Under the pieces are notes generated by a model, which saw only the letters and a program-made list of their open reading frames with translations, was not told the origin of the DNA and ran no database searches. From NCBI GenBank assembly GCA_052426225.1, contig JBNJNM010000012.1, positions 558,001 to 622,000 of the forward strand: 64,000 nt of DNA. Reading direction: 5' to 3'. The stretch comes from Zancudomyces culisetae HAW-14-8. Its lineage: Eukaryota > Fungi > Kickxellomycota. Shown here one piece after another: positions 13,297 to 26,660 of this stretch (position 1 is its first letter; every line of letters begins with the position of its first letter). Made by a program: the position numbers and the translations under genes.

Positions 13297-14308
13297 CTTC
13301 GGATTCTCGCAGAGGATTCTTTTTCTCTTTTGATATTTTGACACAGATGTTCAAAGGTTGTTATTGCCTATCTTGAATCAAGATTAGTTTTTTATAGGTA
13401 TTTTGCGGTTTTTAAGCAGATTTTAAAAACGCTATATAGGCTTTATCTAACCTCAAAGGCCAGCTCCAAGTTTTTTTTAATGTTATTTTTTTTTCCAGCT
13501 ATTTTCTTGAAAATGCATTTCATTTGCTGTTTAGTGCAAACTGAATATTGAGAAAATAGATAAAGGTTTTAAAGAATTATTCGCTAGACTGAATTCTACG
13601 ATAACATTGGATGCTAATTATAAATCTGCATTATACCACATTTCATTTGAAAAATATCAGGACACCAACAATAAAAGCTATAAAAAAAATTTTTTTGTGT
13701 GAAGGATCACTGTATGCACAATTTTTATTAAGATTAATCGAGAAAAGCTTTATAACTTTGATCAGTTGACCTACGAAAATGAAAAAAGGTGTCGCAACTA
13801 TTACTTGGAGACTGAGCTAGCAAGCATCAATACCCATAACAGAATAAATAACACCAAGATTGTCGTCTTGAGCTAGCCCATCAAGGCTTAGTTTGGGTGT
13901 ACATAAACTGCCTGAGGATAAATTAGTTTTGCCATTACTCATGTGAATACTCGGTTAGATCTACACATCGTGGTTGGGATAATACACTCCTCCGCCTTTT
14001 TTTTTTGATTCTTGGTAGGATCTGTTTATTCAGATATTACTTGTGTTCACAACATCCACATTTGGAATTATTTACGTTTTTAACTCTTTTATTTAATCAT
14101 ATTGTACAAGAACTAATACATCTCTAATTAATGGGCCGGTCCTATGGCTCCATTTGTATAAAAAAGAAAGTATTTAGAGCAAGCATGAGGTGGTATACTG
14201 AGTGATAAATCAGAAAAATAAAACTAATATTACATAACTAAGACAGAGACACACTCCATGTTCACTATCAGCAATCAACAAGGGAAGCGCATTATCTAGT
14301 TTTTTGGT

Positions 14309-15259
<951 letters not shown>

Positions 15260-18200
15260 TTTCTATTTGTATTTTGTAAACAGAAACCTTGCTATTAGAA
15301 TAGTTCTCACATATTTTGTACTTTTTTTTATTCAATATGTAACCAGAGTGCATCTAACTTGATTTTTATCGCAATCACAGCATGCAAAGGGATATGTAAA
15401 TTAAATGTAGTACCTTTATTATATGGATACAATTTTACGTTGTTCTTTGTAGGGGTTTTAAGAAGTTTAATTATTTCTTATAAACCTTAAGCGTATATCT
15501 GTTAGTTTTTTGTACTTTCACTGATACTTGGTTTTCCTATAAAATATAATAGCACAATGTCAATATTTATTTGTATATCCTGACAAAACAAATTGAGTAG
15601 ACCCCTTTTTCCCATTAAACTATATCTACCTTTTGATGTTTATTCTTTTACCTTTTAAATTTACTCAGTGCTGCGAGGCAAATGTATAAATCGTTTTATT
15701 AGCTTTTGGTTGATTCCACCCTTTATTCAAAAGCATAAGCTTTTTTATTTATATTTTTATTTTTATTTCAAGTACTTTCGTTGTCTGAAATGCAAGCCTT
15801 TAGTTATTTTCGAGTAGCTCTTGGTAAAATATATTGGTATTATATCATAACCAACAAAAAATCAATTCTTTGCTTTTTCTTTTGCTTCAACGATCACTTT
15901 ACAGACTAAGGATTCTCAGTATATATTGATAATTTGAAAAAGGGTGAACCAATATTAAAGAAAAAACATAAATCTTTGCTTAAGCAGAGTATTTCTATAT
16001 ATATAGATTTATTTGCAGACATGTTAAACCGAGACCTCTGTTGTATATGTTGAATCTTCATTACTGTTTGTTTTTATTTTGTCCTATTAACAGCTCTTAC
16101 AAGTGATTGATTTTAAAGTTTTATGGTGTAAATACGTTTGTAGGCTAAACTATAATAACAATGGATGCCACGCTCAAACCTGGTGACCAATAAATGCGAT
16201 GGGAAATTACTCGCAACACCAATAGTGTATTTGGCGTGTGTCTGTCACTCTTCTGCTTTTTGTATTTATTTATAAAACGAGTTTATACGCAAATCATTTT
16301 TTTGATACCATATCCCAAAGTTAGCATGAAGTGGGTTCTAAAATAATGGGACAATCGCCACGCTACTTTCTTTTCTCCTCCCTCGTTAGTTTCAACAAAA
16401 AAAAATAGCTACCACAAGTAACTCAGTGCGAAGTGATTCTCATAGGTCTTCATGTAACCTTTGAGGTTGTATTTCAGGCAGCTTGCGAGGCGGCTTACAG
16501 TGAGAGCCGTCCACAGTAATTGGCTTTATCAAGAAGAAAAAAAGAGGTTTCCTCATTGGGGAGGGGGCGAGAATACACCACAAAAAGTAGGAACTAGGGC
16601 TGTTTATGCACCAGTAAAAACAAGCACAACTCTCGTGAGGCGAATTATGTGTGTTTAGAAATTGGAATAGGCATTAAACAACACTAAACGTTGATGGGGA
16701 GGGATTTAGCTTATTTGAGAATCTCAGAATATTAGTTTTTTTTTAGGTCCACTCACCAATATTTAATTTTGTGGGCGCAAGTCACATAGGCTTGAAATAT
16801 AAAAAAGTGAATGGTACTTTTTTAATTTTTAATTTTTGGCCAGAAGTGAACAAAGTGGAATTAGATGTGGGATATGTTTACGCTTTTAGAAACCGAGCAC
16901 TTAAAAATAAAATAAACCAGGTGTTTATGAGTGAGTCCCCATCCTTCAACATCTTCAGAAAGTAACAATTTTAAACTGTAAGGTTAATAAATCTTTATTT
17001 GCTACTGCCCCTTCAAAGCCCCACCTATAAGCAACACAAACAAATCCGAACAAGAGAAATTTTTTTGTTACCATGTGTAGGTCACGTTGGTATAGCGTAT
17101 AAAAGCACTGATCAATCCTGCTTCAAGGTGGGCCGGGAGGAGGAGGATCCTTTGTTCAAAATATAACCATAAGGGTGTGTGGTTACTGTTTTTGACATAG
17201 GTTTTGGTACACATTTTTTATTGACGCTAGTCATAATTGTGTAGAGCATTCTCAAGGGATCCACTGTGCCTAAAACTGTTTTACCATGAAAAAAATGTTT
17301 TGACATGAAATATCCATGAAAACCGATTTCTTGCTCATAGAATCATATGAAACTTAGTTAAAACACAGGCTGTGTGCAAATCAGGAAAAGGCGTAATAGT
17401 TGTAATATCTAAAGATCGAATGAACACTGGTTATACACGTAGATATGGAAACCAGTTGTTCTTTTTGCATACCCATGCATAATTTTGCAGTTAACTCGTT
17501 TTATCTTTATGAGAATAAGGATGGGATATACCTCATTTTTATTACTATTTGTAGCTATCTATCTAATATTTAGATTCTCCACAACACTTTCAGACTGGAT
17601 TTATGAGTAAAAATAGAATTTGCTTTGTCAAAGCCCATGCACATAGAAAACTGCAAATTTGAAAAAGGAAAAAAAAAACTAGGCATCATAAGTGTATCTT
17701 TGTACATCATGCATACATCATGTGTAAACCATTCTTATTCTGTTGGTTTATGAGTATCAAAAATAAAAAATCAACAAAGAGCTAGGTAAATGAAAGCTTG
17801 AGAAGATACCTAACCATACCAGCTATTTTCTCAGGAAAATTAGTGATGCCCTGACCTCTATTTGCGTTGCAAGCGGGTAAACTAAGAAGAAAAAATTCAT
17901 TGTGAACACCTCAGAGAATAATGAGACATTTAGCACACACTGTAAATTAACAATCAATTAACCAATTCTCTCTTTCTATGTACTTGATTTTTCAAAAAAA
18001 GTGTACAGGGTGGTAAAAAATGAGATGTAATCTAAATAGCCGAGCCCAACATTATAGTTGGGCAAATAAAAATACAATTTTTATATTGATGTAGGCTTAT
18101 CATGCTGTTACTAGTGTCTACTATTTGATATTTTCATTACATACAACACAGCAGATGGAGTCTTTGTGCGACTACTTTTGACCAAGTTATACGCATACAT

Positions 18201-19322
18201 ATTTTGCTTATTATTACTCTGGGATTATTAAAATTCTTTCCAAAAAATAAATTAATTAATAAAACTTACTGATCAACTGAAGTGTAGATAACTATATTTT
18301 AAAAAATAATAGTCCGATAAGTTTAGCTAACTGCTTACCTAGTGTATCAAAAATATATAATCATTAATTACCATGGTTGCCGGATTAAAAAAAATAGCCA
18401 AACATTTGGATGTCTGTTTTATTTACTACTAATACACAACATTGTTCTATTTTTTAAAGTACATGTAATTACATTGCATGCATAGGGTGGTGGTGGTGGT
18501 GGTTATCGATGACATAAATTTGTATAGGTATATTTATGGGTGTTAAATACTAGCTTTTTAAAAATGTCTGATGTTGGTGCAGAAATGAATATAATATATT
18601 TTATTAGTGTTCACACTATAATAAAAAATCCGTCCCTAATCCGTATATATGTTTTTTGGAAATATTTGTAAACTAACACTGCACTGATAGACTATATATC
18701 ACATTCGAATATATTTACTTCTTTTAAGAGCATAGACAACGAATATATTGTATAGTTGTGCTAATTGTCAAAGAACATAAATCAAGGCAATTTAGGCCAC
18801 TTTTACGAAAAAAGTGACACGGAGATCAGCGTTTTATGTGCAATCCGGGTGTTTCCAAGCGAAATACCAAGTGTTTTGTCAAATCTTTATATGTGTCACT
18901 GTAATTTAATTGGGTAAAAAAATATCGATCAAATTTTTTCGTGATGCAGTTAGCACGAAAAATAGTTGAAAAAAATGGTCGCAGCACGTTAACAAAAATA
19001 CACTTGGCAGCCTTTCTAGAGCTAGAACACAAAGACAAATAGAACTGGGCATATCTAGAAACCATTCCGCGAGTTTGTATCAACATCTATACATTTACTC
19101 CGTTTCTGGGGCACACATTACTCAGGTATACTTTTTCATAGCAAGAAAGCAATAGAGAAAAAGCTCAATAGGATAGTAACCTTTATAACGAACAGCTGGC
19201 ACCGAATTTAAGATTTTGCATTTTGTTAGCCAACGAGAAATTTTAATCGCAATAAAACGGGACTTGGCATAGTATCGATTTTATTTTATTTTATATTTAT
19301 TTTGGCGATATAATAGCCAAAA

Positions 19323-21584
19323 ATGGTAATTAATTTCAGCCTAGCACAAAAGAAAAGTACGGAAATGGGTAACGAAAATGAGAATTCCGAGGCTGTAGGT
19401 ATTCATATCTCTAACAATAACAGAAAACCGAAAATCTCTTTGAAAAAAAATATTAATACTATTAATGAACGTGCGTGCGAACTTGTGGATGATGGATTCA
19501 ACGAAAATTTGCAGGATAAACGGAAAGAGGCAAAGAAAATTAACAATAATTTGGAGAATACAGTTCTGACAGCTACAAAGGAAAAGGGAGAAAAAACAGA
19601 CTATGAATGTGTATATATGAATCAAAGCAATAATATAAAGGACCAATACGGTATTTCAGAGCTAGTGGTTATAAATGACGCTGAAATTATCACAGAGCAA
19701 AATGACGCCTTAAATTGGAAGGAATATGAAAGTGAAATGGTAATAGAACCGTTTAAAAAGCGAAAAAACAATCTATCTTTACAAGGAGGAACTTCAAAAG
19801 ACCATTTTAATTCACTCGTAAAAGAAAAAGAAGGTTTGTTTGATAGTGATAGGGTCAGTGGTATAAATAATTGTGACGAAAGTGGTGGTGTATTAGAAGG
19901 GGGTTATGCGTATGAAACAGAAGGCGAATATTCAGGGGATGACAGCGATATCGTAAGTAGTGAAAAAGAACATGACGGACCAATTGTAGTATATAGTGAA
20001 GGGGAAGGAGAAGGAGAAGGAGATATTGTGGATGGAGGTGACCGGTTCGACGAGAAACAGAATGCGAATAAGGAATGTTATATTTCTGATATAGATGAAA
20101 ATAGAAGTTACACTAGTGAGGGCGAGAGTGTTTCCATGGTTGTCGATGAAGAAGAGGATGAAGAAGAGGATGAAGAGGAAGAGGAAGAACAAGAAGGATA
20201 TTATGAAAGTGGTAATAATGAAAGTGGTGATAGTGAGAGTGGTGATAAAGAAGGAAGTGGTGGTATAACTGAACAGCATACAAAACAGACTCTTCTGAAG
20301 GGGTTCACCAGTCAGACCTGTAACACGTCTAGTGTATTAGAATACGACAATAGCTATCAGACCACAATATACGACAACACGGCTACAAATATTTATAGAC
20401 CAGAGGACGATGCGATCCACGAACCAGAATTCTTTTTTGGATTTGAAAAAAAATATGATCTACAACCTGGTAATGGGTCTGGATTTTTTGAAAACACTGG
20501 AGACGTAGGATCAAGAGAGAGTGGGAACCAGTGCTCGAGTGCAGATGATGTTATTGAAATCGGATCGTCGTCTGAAGACTCGGAAGAAGGCACATATGAG
20601 AACTATGATCAGGAGGAGAATTTTCAATCTGAAAACGAGCTGGGGTCCGATGGAATGGATTCGTATCAAGAAGACACATCTGAACATGACGTACAGCTTG
20701 ACGCAGATGAAAACATGATACCTCTACTTCAGGGACAGGATTTCGATAATCTTGATGTCAACAGACCAGGTTCACATCCGTTAACACTTGTTGAGTCACC
20801 CACTGCGTATACCAAGACTGGCAGTTGTGTTGTCGGGGAGGATGGTAATATTGACTATACCCATAAGGCTATTTTTGAAGATGGGGAAAATGAATTTGAA
20901 GGGGCCGGGGATACTGATATTTCTTCGACTTCTTTTGCAGAGAAAGGCACAGAAATAATCTCCACCCATTTAGTTTCGCTTCAGCATAAGCTTCAGCACT
21001 TGGTTTCGGATATCCGAACAATTACCAATTTGAAAGACGACATCAAGAAAAACACATTGATTTCAAAAGCACACCAACCATCGCATATGCAAAGCTCCGA
21101 GACAACTCCAAACAATGTATATAGAGCACAAGACAAACACTCGGTTTATGTTGGTGATGAGCAATCCGGAAAATCAAATCATACAGAGTTGCAGTTTTTA
21201 CGAAAATCGTATCTTCGCGTGCAGGAGCAAATGAGTAGGATGAATGAGGAGCTTTTGAACATTAAAAATGAATGTACTGAGTATAAAGATACATTTGAGC
21301 TCATGGTTTATGAAAATGATGAGCTGAGGGCCGAGAATGCACGGCTACTTGCAGAAAACTCTGATTTGTCTGAAAAAGTTAAATTGCTAGAGAAAAAAGA
21401 GTTTAATAGCAGAATCCAATCACTTGTAAAAAACAGCAGTGGAGATCACAGTCATAGTCACAGTCGCAGTCATAGTCATAGTAATAGTTATAGTGACAGT
21501 AATGGTGAGAGTAGTTCATATAAACGAAGACGTACGATTGATATTGAAAGTCTTGCTTCAAACAAAAGGTTTAGGGCCAGCTAG
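19323..21584 (+). CDS. Hypothetical acidic low-complexity protein with C-terminal coiled coil, HS repeat and probable NLS
   Basis: 753-aa uninterrupted ORF with E/D/S tracts, a heptad region (LRKSYLRVQEQMSRMNEELL...LSEKVKLLE) and a KRRR...KRFR tail. No family recognised. Confidence 0.75.
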   Translation: MVINFSLAQKKSTEMGNENENSEAVGIHISNNNRKPKISLKKNINTINERACELVDDGFNENLQDKRKEAKKINNNLENTVLTATKEKGEKTDYECVYMNQSNNIKDQYGISELVVINDAEIITEQNDALNWKEYESEMVIEPFKKRKNNLSLQGGTSKDHFNSLVKEKEGLFDSDRVSGINNCDESGGVLEGGYAYETEGEYSGDDSDIVSSEKEHDGPIVVYSEGEGEGEGDIVDGGDRFDEKQNANKECYISDIDENRSYTSEGESVSMVVDEEEDEEEDEEEEEEQEGYYESGNNESGDSESGDKEGSGGITEQHTKQTLLKGFTSQTCNTSSVLEYDNSYQTTIYDNTATNIYRPEDDAIHEPEFFFGFEKKYDLQPGNGSGFFENTGDVGSRESGNQCSSADDVIEIGSSSEDSEEGTYENYDQEENFQSENELGSDGMDSYQEDTSEHDVQLDADENMIPLLQGQDFDNLDVNRPGSHPLTLVESPTAYTKTGSCVVGEDGNIDYTHKAIFEDGENEFEGAGDTDISSTSFAEKGTEIISTHLVSLQHKLQHLVSDIRTITNLKDDIKKNTLISKAHQPSHMQSSETTPNNVYRAQDKHSVYVGDEQSGKSNHTELQFLRKSYLRVQEQMSRMNEELLNIKNECTEYKDTFELMVYENDELRAENARLLAENSDLSEKVKLLEKKEFNSRIQSLVKNSSGDHSHSHSRSHSHSNSYSDSNGESSSYKRRRTIDIESLASNKRFRAS

Positions 21585-22658
21585 AAATGCTAGGGCTGTG
21601 CAAGGATATACACTGATTTGTGATAGAAATATCTACAGTGTGCTAAAAGCCAGTCGTTTTGCCAAATTAGTTTTAGTAATACCGCACTTTTGGCTTTCTA
21701 CCATCTATTACATTATACAATGCTTTATCTTTAGGTTTTGTGGTGTTTATTAAAAAATTTTTTTTACAAAGATATATTCGTGGTTTTTTATATAACGCTT
21801 TATCAGACTTTAGTCACTAATATGATTTAATGACGAATTTAAATTACTACATGAATCACCTATTGGATTTCACCAAGCGACAAAATGGAGAACAGACTAA
21901 AGAAATTGCAAAACAATAAAGAATTTATGTTCGTTTTACGTGATTTATACAAGTAGAGAGGGGGGGGATTGTTGCTAAATAAATCAGATTATTGTAGAAA
22001 ACAAAGAAATTTCAGTGGAACAGAAAAATTACAAAAAAAAGGTGATGGATATTATTGCGGTGCCCATTTCTTATACATTGTTATCTTTGCTGTGCTAAGG
22101 ACAAAAATTTTTTAACAGTGTGATGGAGGGAGGGTTGCTGATTACGGATAGATATTATAATCGATTGAGTGCTATTTAATCTGTAAAAGAGTTAATCAAA
22201 TACTTGATTTGCTGGCGGAAAAAAAGAAAACCTTGCCATACGCCAGAAAATGGACTTGGAAAGGGAAATCGTTGTTTTTTTGATTGTGGCCAAATATTTA
22301 AAAGTGGTTTGTGGAAAGTTTTGTAATAATTATATTATCAGCGTAATTAGCACATTACATAAGCACGTAAGTTCATAAACAGATTTATAGGCAAAGAAAT
22401 CGCTTTTTTCGGTTTGAAGGATCAAAATTATTGCGAAATACCCTTGTTTTTTATAAGCAAATATTTAAAGGCGAGGGAGAAAAAATAAATAAGCCAGCAT
22501 TAAATACAGTAAAGCATTAGGAAAAGCTAGGCAAAAGATCGTTACTGTAACTAACGTAGAACAATAAGGCAATTTTAACGAAAGTATCTGTATAAACTAA
22601 CCAACATAAAGAGATAAAACAGGTCAAAAGGTATACTTGAAAAAGTAAAACAAAAACA

Positions 22659-25600
22659 ATGAATAGACTATTCACCAAAACAGGCGTTCCAAAGAACGTA
22701 AAACCGATAACCCACTCTTCAAAACCCTTGAAACGAGGAATTGTACATAGTACTCAGCGGCTAGAACAATGTAAGAAATACGATTTGGCTCAAAGTAAAA
22801 GCGTGATGGGGTCCGGAAGGATGTATAGCAGCGTAGCTGGTACAAGCGTGAATGGTATGCTTCGATCCAACAAGTTCATGCAAGCCACAAAGGCGGCCAA
22901 AAGTGGTGGTAAGTATGTTGGAGTAAATGGGTATAGAGGAGCAGTTGCGCACTACTCAGCCGCGGCAGATGCGAGTATGACAAGCGGAGGGATTCACAAT
23001 GAAAAACAAGGTGCTGTTTCAGAACCAGCAAACAAAGTTGATGTGAAAAAGGTTTTGGTTGTAGGAAGTGGTGGGTTGACAATTGGACAGGCAGGAGAAT
23101 TCGATTATTCTGGAAGTCAGGCGATAAAGGCACTAAAGGAATCAAACATCGAAGTAATACTTATCAACCCAAACATAGCTACAGTGCAGACATCGCATGA
23201 GCTAGCAGATTCAGTCTACTTTGTCCCAGTGACTCCAGAGTATTTGGAGAAGGTGATTGAAAAGGAAAAGCCAGATGGTATCATGTTGGCATTTGGAGGA
23301 CAAACAGCATTGAATTGTGGTGTTGCGCTAAACAAGATGGGAGTGCTCGATAAGCATAATGTCAAGGTTTTGGGTACATCGGTTCGGACACTAGAGCTTA
23401 GTGAAGACCGAGACTTGTTTGCACAAGCACTAAAGTCAATTGGAATCCCAGTGGCAGAGTCGATTGCAGTAAACACAGTAGATGACGCACTTAAAGCAGC
23501 AAGGGATATAGGATACCCCGTTATCGTTCGTTCAGCCTATGCTCTTGGAGGGCTAGGATCAGGCTTTGCTGAAACTGAGCAAGAGTTGCGACAGCTTAGT
23601 GGACAAAGCTTGTCACTTGCACCCCAGATTCTCGTGGAAAAATCGATGAAGGGCTGGAAAGAGATTGAATACGAGGTGGTTAGAGATGCGGCAGATAACT
23701 GCGTAACCGTATGTAACATGGAGAACTTTGACCCACTGGGTATTCACACTGGTGATAGTATAGTAGTCGCACCAAGTCAAACACTGAGCGATGCCGAATA
23801 CCACATGCTTAGAACAGCAGCGATCAAGATAGTACGACACATGGGGGTGGTGGGAGAATGTAATGTTCAATATGCACTGAATCCAAAATCTATGGAGTAT
23901 TGTGTGATTGAGATGAATGCCCGATTGTCCCGCTCATCAGCTTTGGCTAGTAAAGCCACAGGATACCCACTTGCCTTTGTGGCAGCCAAGATTGGGCTTG
24001 GATGGACACTGCCAGAACTGCAAAACAGTGTTACAACAACAACAACAGCATGTTTTGAGCCAAGTTTGGACTATATTGTAACCAAGATTCCACGATGGGA
24101 TTTGGCAAAATTCAACCATGTATCCAGAGCCATAGGTAGTAGTATGAAGAGTGTAGGAGAAGTGATGGCAATAGGTAGAACCTTTGAGGAGAGTCTGCAA
24201 AAGGCCATTCGACAGGTAGATCCTTCATTCGCTGGATTTGATGTATTGAAAGATTGCAAACCAGCTTCGGAAGTCGAGTTGGATTCCGAGTTGCAAAACG
24301 CTACCGACAGACGATTGTTCTATATTGCACACGCAATGATTGATCGCGGCTACTCAGCGGACCGCATCCATAGACTTACCGGAATTGATATGTGGTTCCT
24401 CCAGAAGCTAGAGAACCTGGTTAACACCCAAACCAAGCTTGGTGAATACAGTACTGAATCGATAAGCAAAACAATGATGGAGATTGCCAAACGAAATGGA
24501 TTTTCAGATGCTCAGATAGCAAAACTAGTTTCAGACAAGGCATCAGCAACAGAGGACACTGTTCGTGAAAAGCGTAAAGAGTTAGGAATCACACCATTTG
24601 TAAAGCGAATTGATACACTTGCTGGAGAGTTCCCCGCACCCACAAACTACCTGTATACGACATACAACGCATCAACAAACGATGTTGAATTTACTGACAA
24701 GGGCTATGTGGTGCTTGGTTCAGGTGTTTACCGTATCGGGTCATCTGTAGAATTTGATTGGTGTGCAGTTTCAGCTGTCAGAACTCTCCGCCAGCTAGGC
24801 CACAAAACAGTAATGATAAACTACAACCCAGAAACCGTTAGTACAGATTTCGACGAGTGCGATCGACTTTACTTTGACGAATTATCGCTTGAGCGTGTAA
24901 AGGACATATACGAATTGGAAAACTCATCTGGTGTATTTGTGAGCGTAGGTGGCCAACTACCACAAAATATAGCTTTGAAACTGCACCAGACTAATGGGTT
25001 CCGAGTTATGGGCACAGACCCCGAGATGATTGATGCTGCTGAGGATCGTCACCGATTTAGCTCTATTCTCGACCAGATTGGCGTTGACCAACCTGCATGG
25101 AAAGAACTACGCAGCTACGATGAAGCAATGGAATTTGCCGAACAGGTTGGCTATCCCGTGTTGGTTCGTCCATCGTATGTGCTAAGTGGTGCAGCCATGA
25201 ACGTGGCTCATGATGCCAAGGCTCTCCACAGATTCCTTGCCCTTGCCGCTTCTGTATCCCCTCTTCATCCTGTCGTTATGACAAAGTTCATCTCCAATGC
25301 TCGCGAGTTGGACATTGATGCTGTTGCCCACAAAGGAAAGGTTCTTGTTCACGCAATCAGTGAACATGTCGAAGATGCTGGCGTACATTCTGGCGATGCT
25401 TCTTTGGTCCTCCCCCCTGTAACCCTCTCTGACGATACTCTAGCCAGTGTTAAAACTATAGCTGACAAGGTTGCTGAAGCCTTCAAAATCTCTGGTCCCT
25501 TCAATATGCAGGTAATAATGATGAAAAACCCATCACACAATGATCAAGATACCACCACTCCCCCATACCTATACAAGGTCATTGAATGCAACTTGCGCGC

Positions 25601-26336
25601 TTCTCGATCGCTGCCATTTGTATCCAAAGTCACAGACACAAACTTTGTCGAAACCGCCATCAAGTCTATTCTAGACAAAGACGTACCTGCACCAAAAGAC
25701 CTAATGGCTGCCTCCAAATCCTGGGGCTATGTTGCAACCAAAGTTCCTCAGTTTAGTTGGACCAGACTTGCTGGTGCAGATCCATTCTTGGGCGTTGAAA
25801 TGGCCAGTACAGGTGAGGTCGCTTGCTTTGGCGATAACGTTAATGAGGCATATCTCACTTCCCTCTTATCCACACTGGCGTTCCGCATTCCTCCCCCAGG
25901 ATCTTCGGTGCTTGTAGGCTTTGATGCTCTTTCGGACATGTCTATAGTGCAAAAAGTTGTCTCATTCTTCACATCCAAGAATTACACCGTCTTGGTTGAT
26001 AACCAAGAGGCATACGACCTTCTGCTCTCATCTTCCTCGTCCCCATCTGCACTAAAAGTTCAAGATTTTGCATACACTGACAAAAAGTCCCTGTACTCTC
26101 TAGTCCAATCTTTGAATCTCCAATTTGTTGTCAACTTATCCAAGCTCAAACCACTATCTAAAGGCAATTCCTGCTATGCCATGCGACGAATGGCTGTAGA
26201 CTTTGCTATTCCTCTGGTCAACGACCAAAGATGTGCAAGCCTATTGATTGACAGTCTCGCTGGTGTATCTGATCTGTCCTCCAAGACACCCATCCCAGTG
26301 AAGTCATGGGAGGAGTATTTGACCTCTAAAAAATAA
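22659..26336 (+). CDS. CPA2: Carbamoyl-phosphate synthase arginine-specific large chain with a mitochondrial-type presequence
   Basis: KKVLVVGSGGLTIGQAGEFDYSGSQAIKAL, two ATP-grasp halves (CNMENFDPLGIHTGDS; EHVEDAGVHSGDA), GSGVYRIGSSVEFDW and an MGS-like C-terminus. No glutaminase or ATCase fusion. The N-terminal extension is basic and Ser/Ala-rich. Confidence 0.96.
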   Translation: MNRLFTKTGVPKNVKPITHSSKPLKRGIVHSTQRLEQCKKYDLAQSKSVMGSGRMYSSVAGTSVNGMLRSNKFMQATKAAKSGGKYVGVNGYRGAVAHYSAAADASMTSGGIHNEKQGAVSEPANKVDVKKVLVVGSGGLTIGQAGEFDYSGSQAIKALKESNIEVILINPNIATVQTSHELADSVYFVPVTPEYLEKVIEKEKPDGIMLAFGGQTALNCGVALNKMGVLDKHNVKVLGTSVRTLELSEDRDLFAQALKSIGIPVAESIAVNTVDDALKAARDIGYPVIVRSAYALGGLGSGFAETEQELRQLSGQSLSLAPQILVEKSMKGWKEIEYEVVRDAADNCVTVCNMENFDPLGIHTGDSIVVAPSQTLSDAEYHMLRTAAIKIVRHMGVVGECNVQYALNPKSMEYCVIEMNARLSRSSALASKATGYPLAFVAAKIGLGWTLPELQNSVTTTTTACFEPSLDYIVTKIPRWDLAKFNHVSRAIGSSMKSVGEVMAIGRTFEESLQKAIRQVDPSFAGFDVLKDCKPASEVELDSELQNATDRRLFYIAHAMIDRGYSADRIHRLTGIDMWFLQKLENLVNTQTKLGEYSTESISKTMMEIAKRNGFSDAQIAKLVSDKASATEDTVREKRKELGITPFVKRIDTLAGEFPAPTNYLYTTYNASTNDVEFTDKGYVVLGSGVYRIGSSVEFDWCAVSAVRTLRQLGHKTVMINYNPETVSTDFDECDRLYFDELSLERVKDIYELENSSGVFVSVGGQLPQNIALKLHQTNGFRVMGTDPEMIDAAEDRHRFSSILDQIGVDQPAWKELRSYDEAMEFAEQVGYPVLVRPSYVLSGAAMNVAHDAKALHRFLALAASVSPLHPVVMTKFISNARELDIDAVAHKGKVLVHAISEHVEDAGVHSGDASLVLPPVTLSDDTLASVKTIADKVAEAFKISGPFNMQVIMMKNPSHNDQDTTTPPYLYKVIECNLRASRSLPFVSKVTDTNFVETAIKSILDKDVPAPKDLMAASKSWGYVATKVPQFSWTRLAGADPFLGVEMASTGEVACFGDNVNEAYLTSLLSTLAFRIPPPGSSVLVGFDALSDMSIVQKVVSFFTSKNYTVLVDNQEAYDLLLSSSSSPSALKVQDFAYTDKKSLYSLVQSLNLQFVVNLSKLKPLSKGNSCYAMRRMAVDFAIPLVNDQRCASLLIDSLAGVSDLSSKTPIPVKSWEEYLTSKK

Positions 26337-26660
26337 ATGTTTAAAGGCAAGGATGTGTGAATAAATGCTTTTTTTTCCTTTTTGTTGCTGTTTCTAGCAA
26401 TTTTGCTTATTATACTGCTGAATTTCATTAATTTTTTTAATTCCTGTTAGCTTTGGTACTAGCAAGGCCAAAAATTGCTACACTTTAGCTAAATCTCGCT
26501 ATTACTTTTTAAATACACGCTAATATTAAAATTATATACCAAGTATAAAAGTGAAGTGCTAAGTGATGCTAACAACCCTGTTTGCTCCATAAGCTCAGTT
26601 TGTTATATCACACAGAATATCCTTGTTTCATCAACGTGAAATACTAGAAACTATACCCAA

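Noticed and set aside
16420-16945. GC-richer hairpins (GGCGGCTT/GAGCCGTC; ATGTAACCT/AGGTTGTAT) and GGGGACTCACTCA on the minus strand, resembling the RNase MRP/P CR-V motif
   Set aside because: No partner CR-I (GAAAGTCCCC) and no snRNA or SRP motifs were found, so an ncRNA call is unsupported without an Infernal search.
18260-18345. Two GTAAG donors flanking a 22-nt candidate exon on the minus strand
   Set aside because: No open spliced reading frame could be built. It could be a non-coding transcript but is unsupported.
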